DNA from: Eledone cirrhosa
Lineage: Eukaryota
Length of the DNA stretch: 64,000 nucleotides
Assembly: GCA_964016885.1 (NCBI GenBank)
Contig: OZ024740.1
Coordinates: 292,020,001-292,084,000, forward strand
Direction: 5' to 3'
The translations under genes were made by a program, and so were the position numbers. The notes below the pieces were generated by a model, which searched no databases, was not told the origin of the DNA, and saw only the letters and a program-made list of their open reading frames with translations. Of the stretch, positions 63,593 to 64,000 are shown piece after piece; positions within the stretch are counted from its first letter, which is position 1; every line of letters starts with the position of its first letter.

Positions 63593-64000
63593 CGTCTTCA
63601 GTCGAAAAACCAAAGTGACAACACTGCTTTCTCTTTCTTCCTTACCCCCATAAATGAGTGCGTGTTCAAAATATTAAATTCTTCACTCTTTACGATAATC
63701 GAACTTATTGATCACTCCCACAAACTCTCACGCGAAAATCATATTGTTAATGTGTACAATAATTCTGAATGACTCATTTATAGACACAACTGTCGAGACA
63801 ATATTCTATTTTCACACATTATAACGATACAACAGTAATGGAAATTTACATTAAAAAGCATTTTCCCCGTTAAAAATGGACAACTAATCAAAGTCAGACT
63901 GTTCATTCAATATATTTATGAATACATTTATAAACCTGTTGTTTCAATGTTCAATAACCGCCCGAGGATCGACAAGAAACTTGAAGTGACAATTTTATTA

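Overview
AT-rich, repeat-dominated eukaryotic DNA. The SINE/RTE/Penelope repertoire and (TA)n/(CA)n load suggest a mollusc, probably an octopus (inference). Host coding content is small: two spliced 3' exons of a GPI-anchored Ly6/three-finger, boudin-like gene (22610-22660, 25787-25944) and a frameshifted class-A GPCR (61784-62331) cut off by a Sola-like transposon. The rest is mobile DNA: five copies of an RTE-clade LINE group, four of which retain a PHD-finger-like insert in the RT; a second RTE family without the insert; tRNA-derived SINEs sharing the RTE 3' tail; five Penelope-like (RT/GIY-YIG) elements or fragments; four Helitrons; piggyBac-type MITEs; a Tx1 fragment; and mini- and microsatellites. 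The standout, invisible in the ORF track, is about 18 type-I hammerhead ribozyme motifs, folded by eye and falling into roughly ten sequence families. Most sit in short non-coding units in (TA)n tracts or at Penelope 3' ends. They include a U3-A8 compensatory core variant, palindromic helix III forms, a long helix III form, an 82-nt helix II form and a U4A variant carried inside a Helitron. No activity is demonstrated, and most other ORF-track entries are microsatellite or antisense artefacts.
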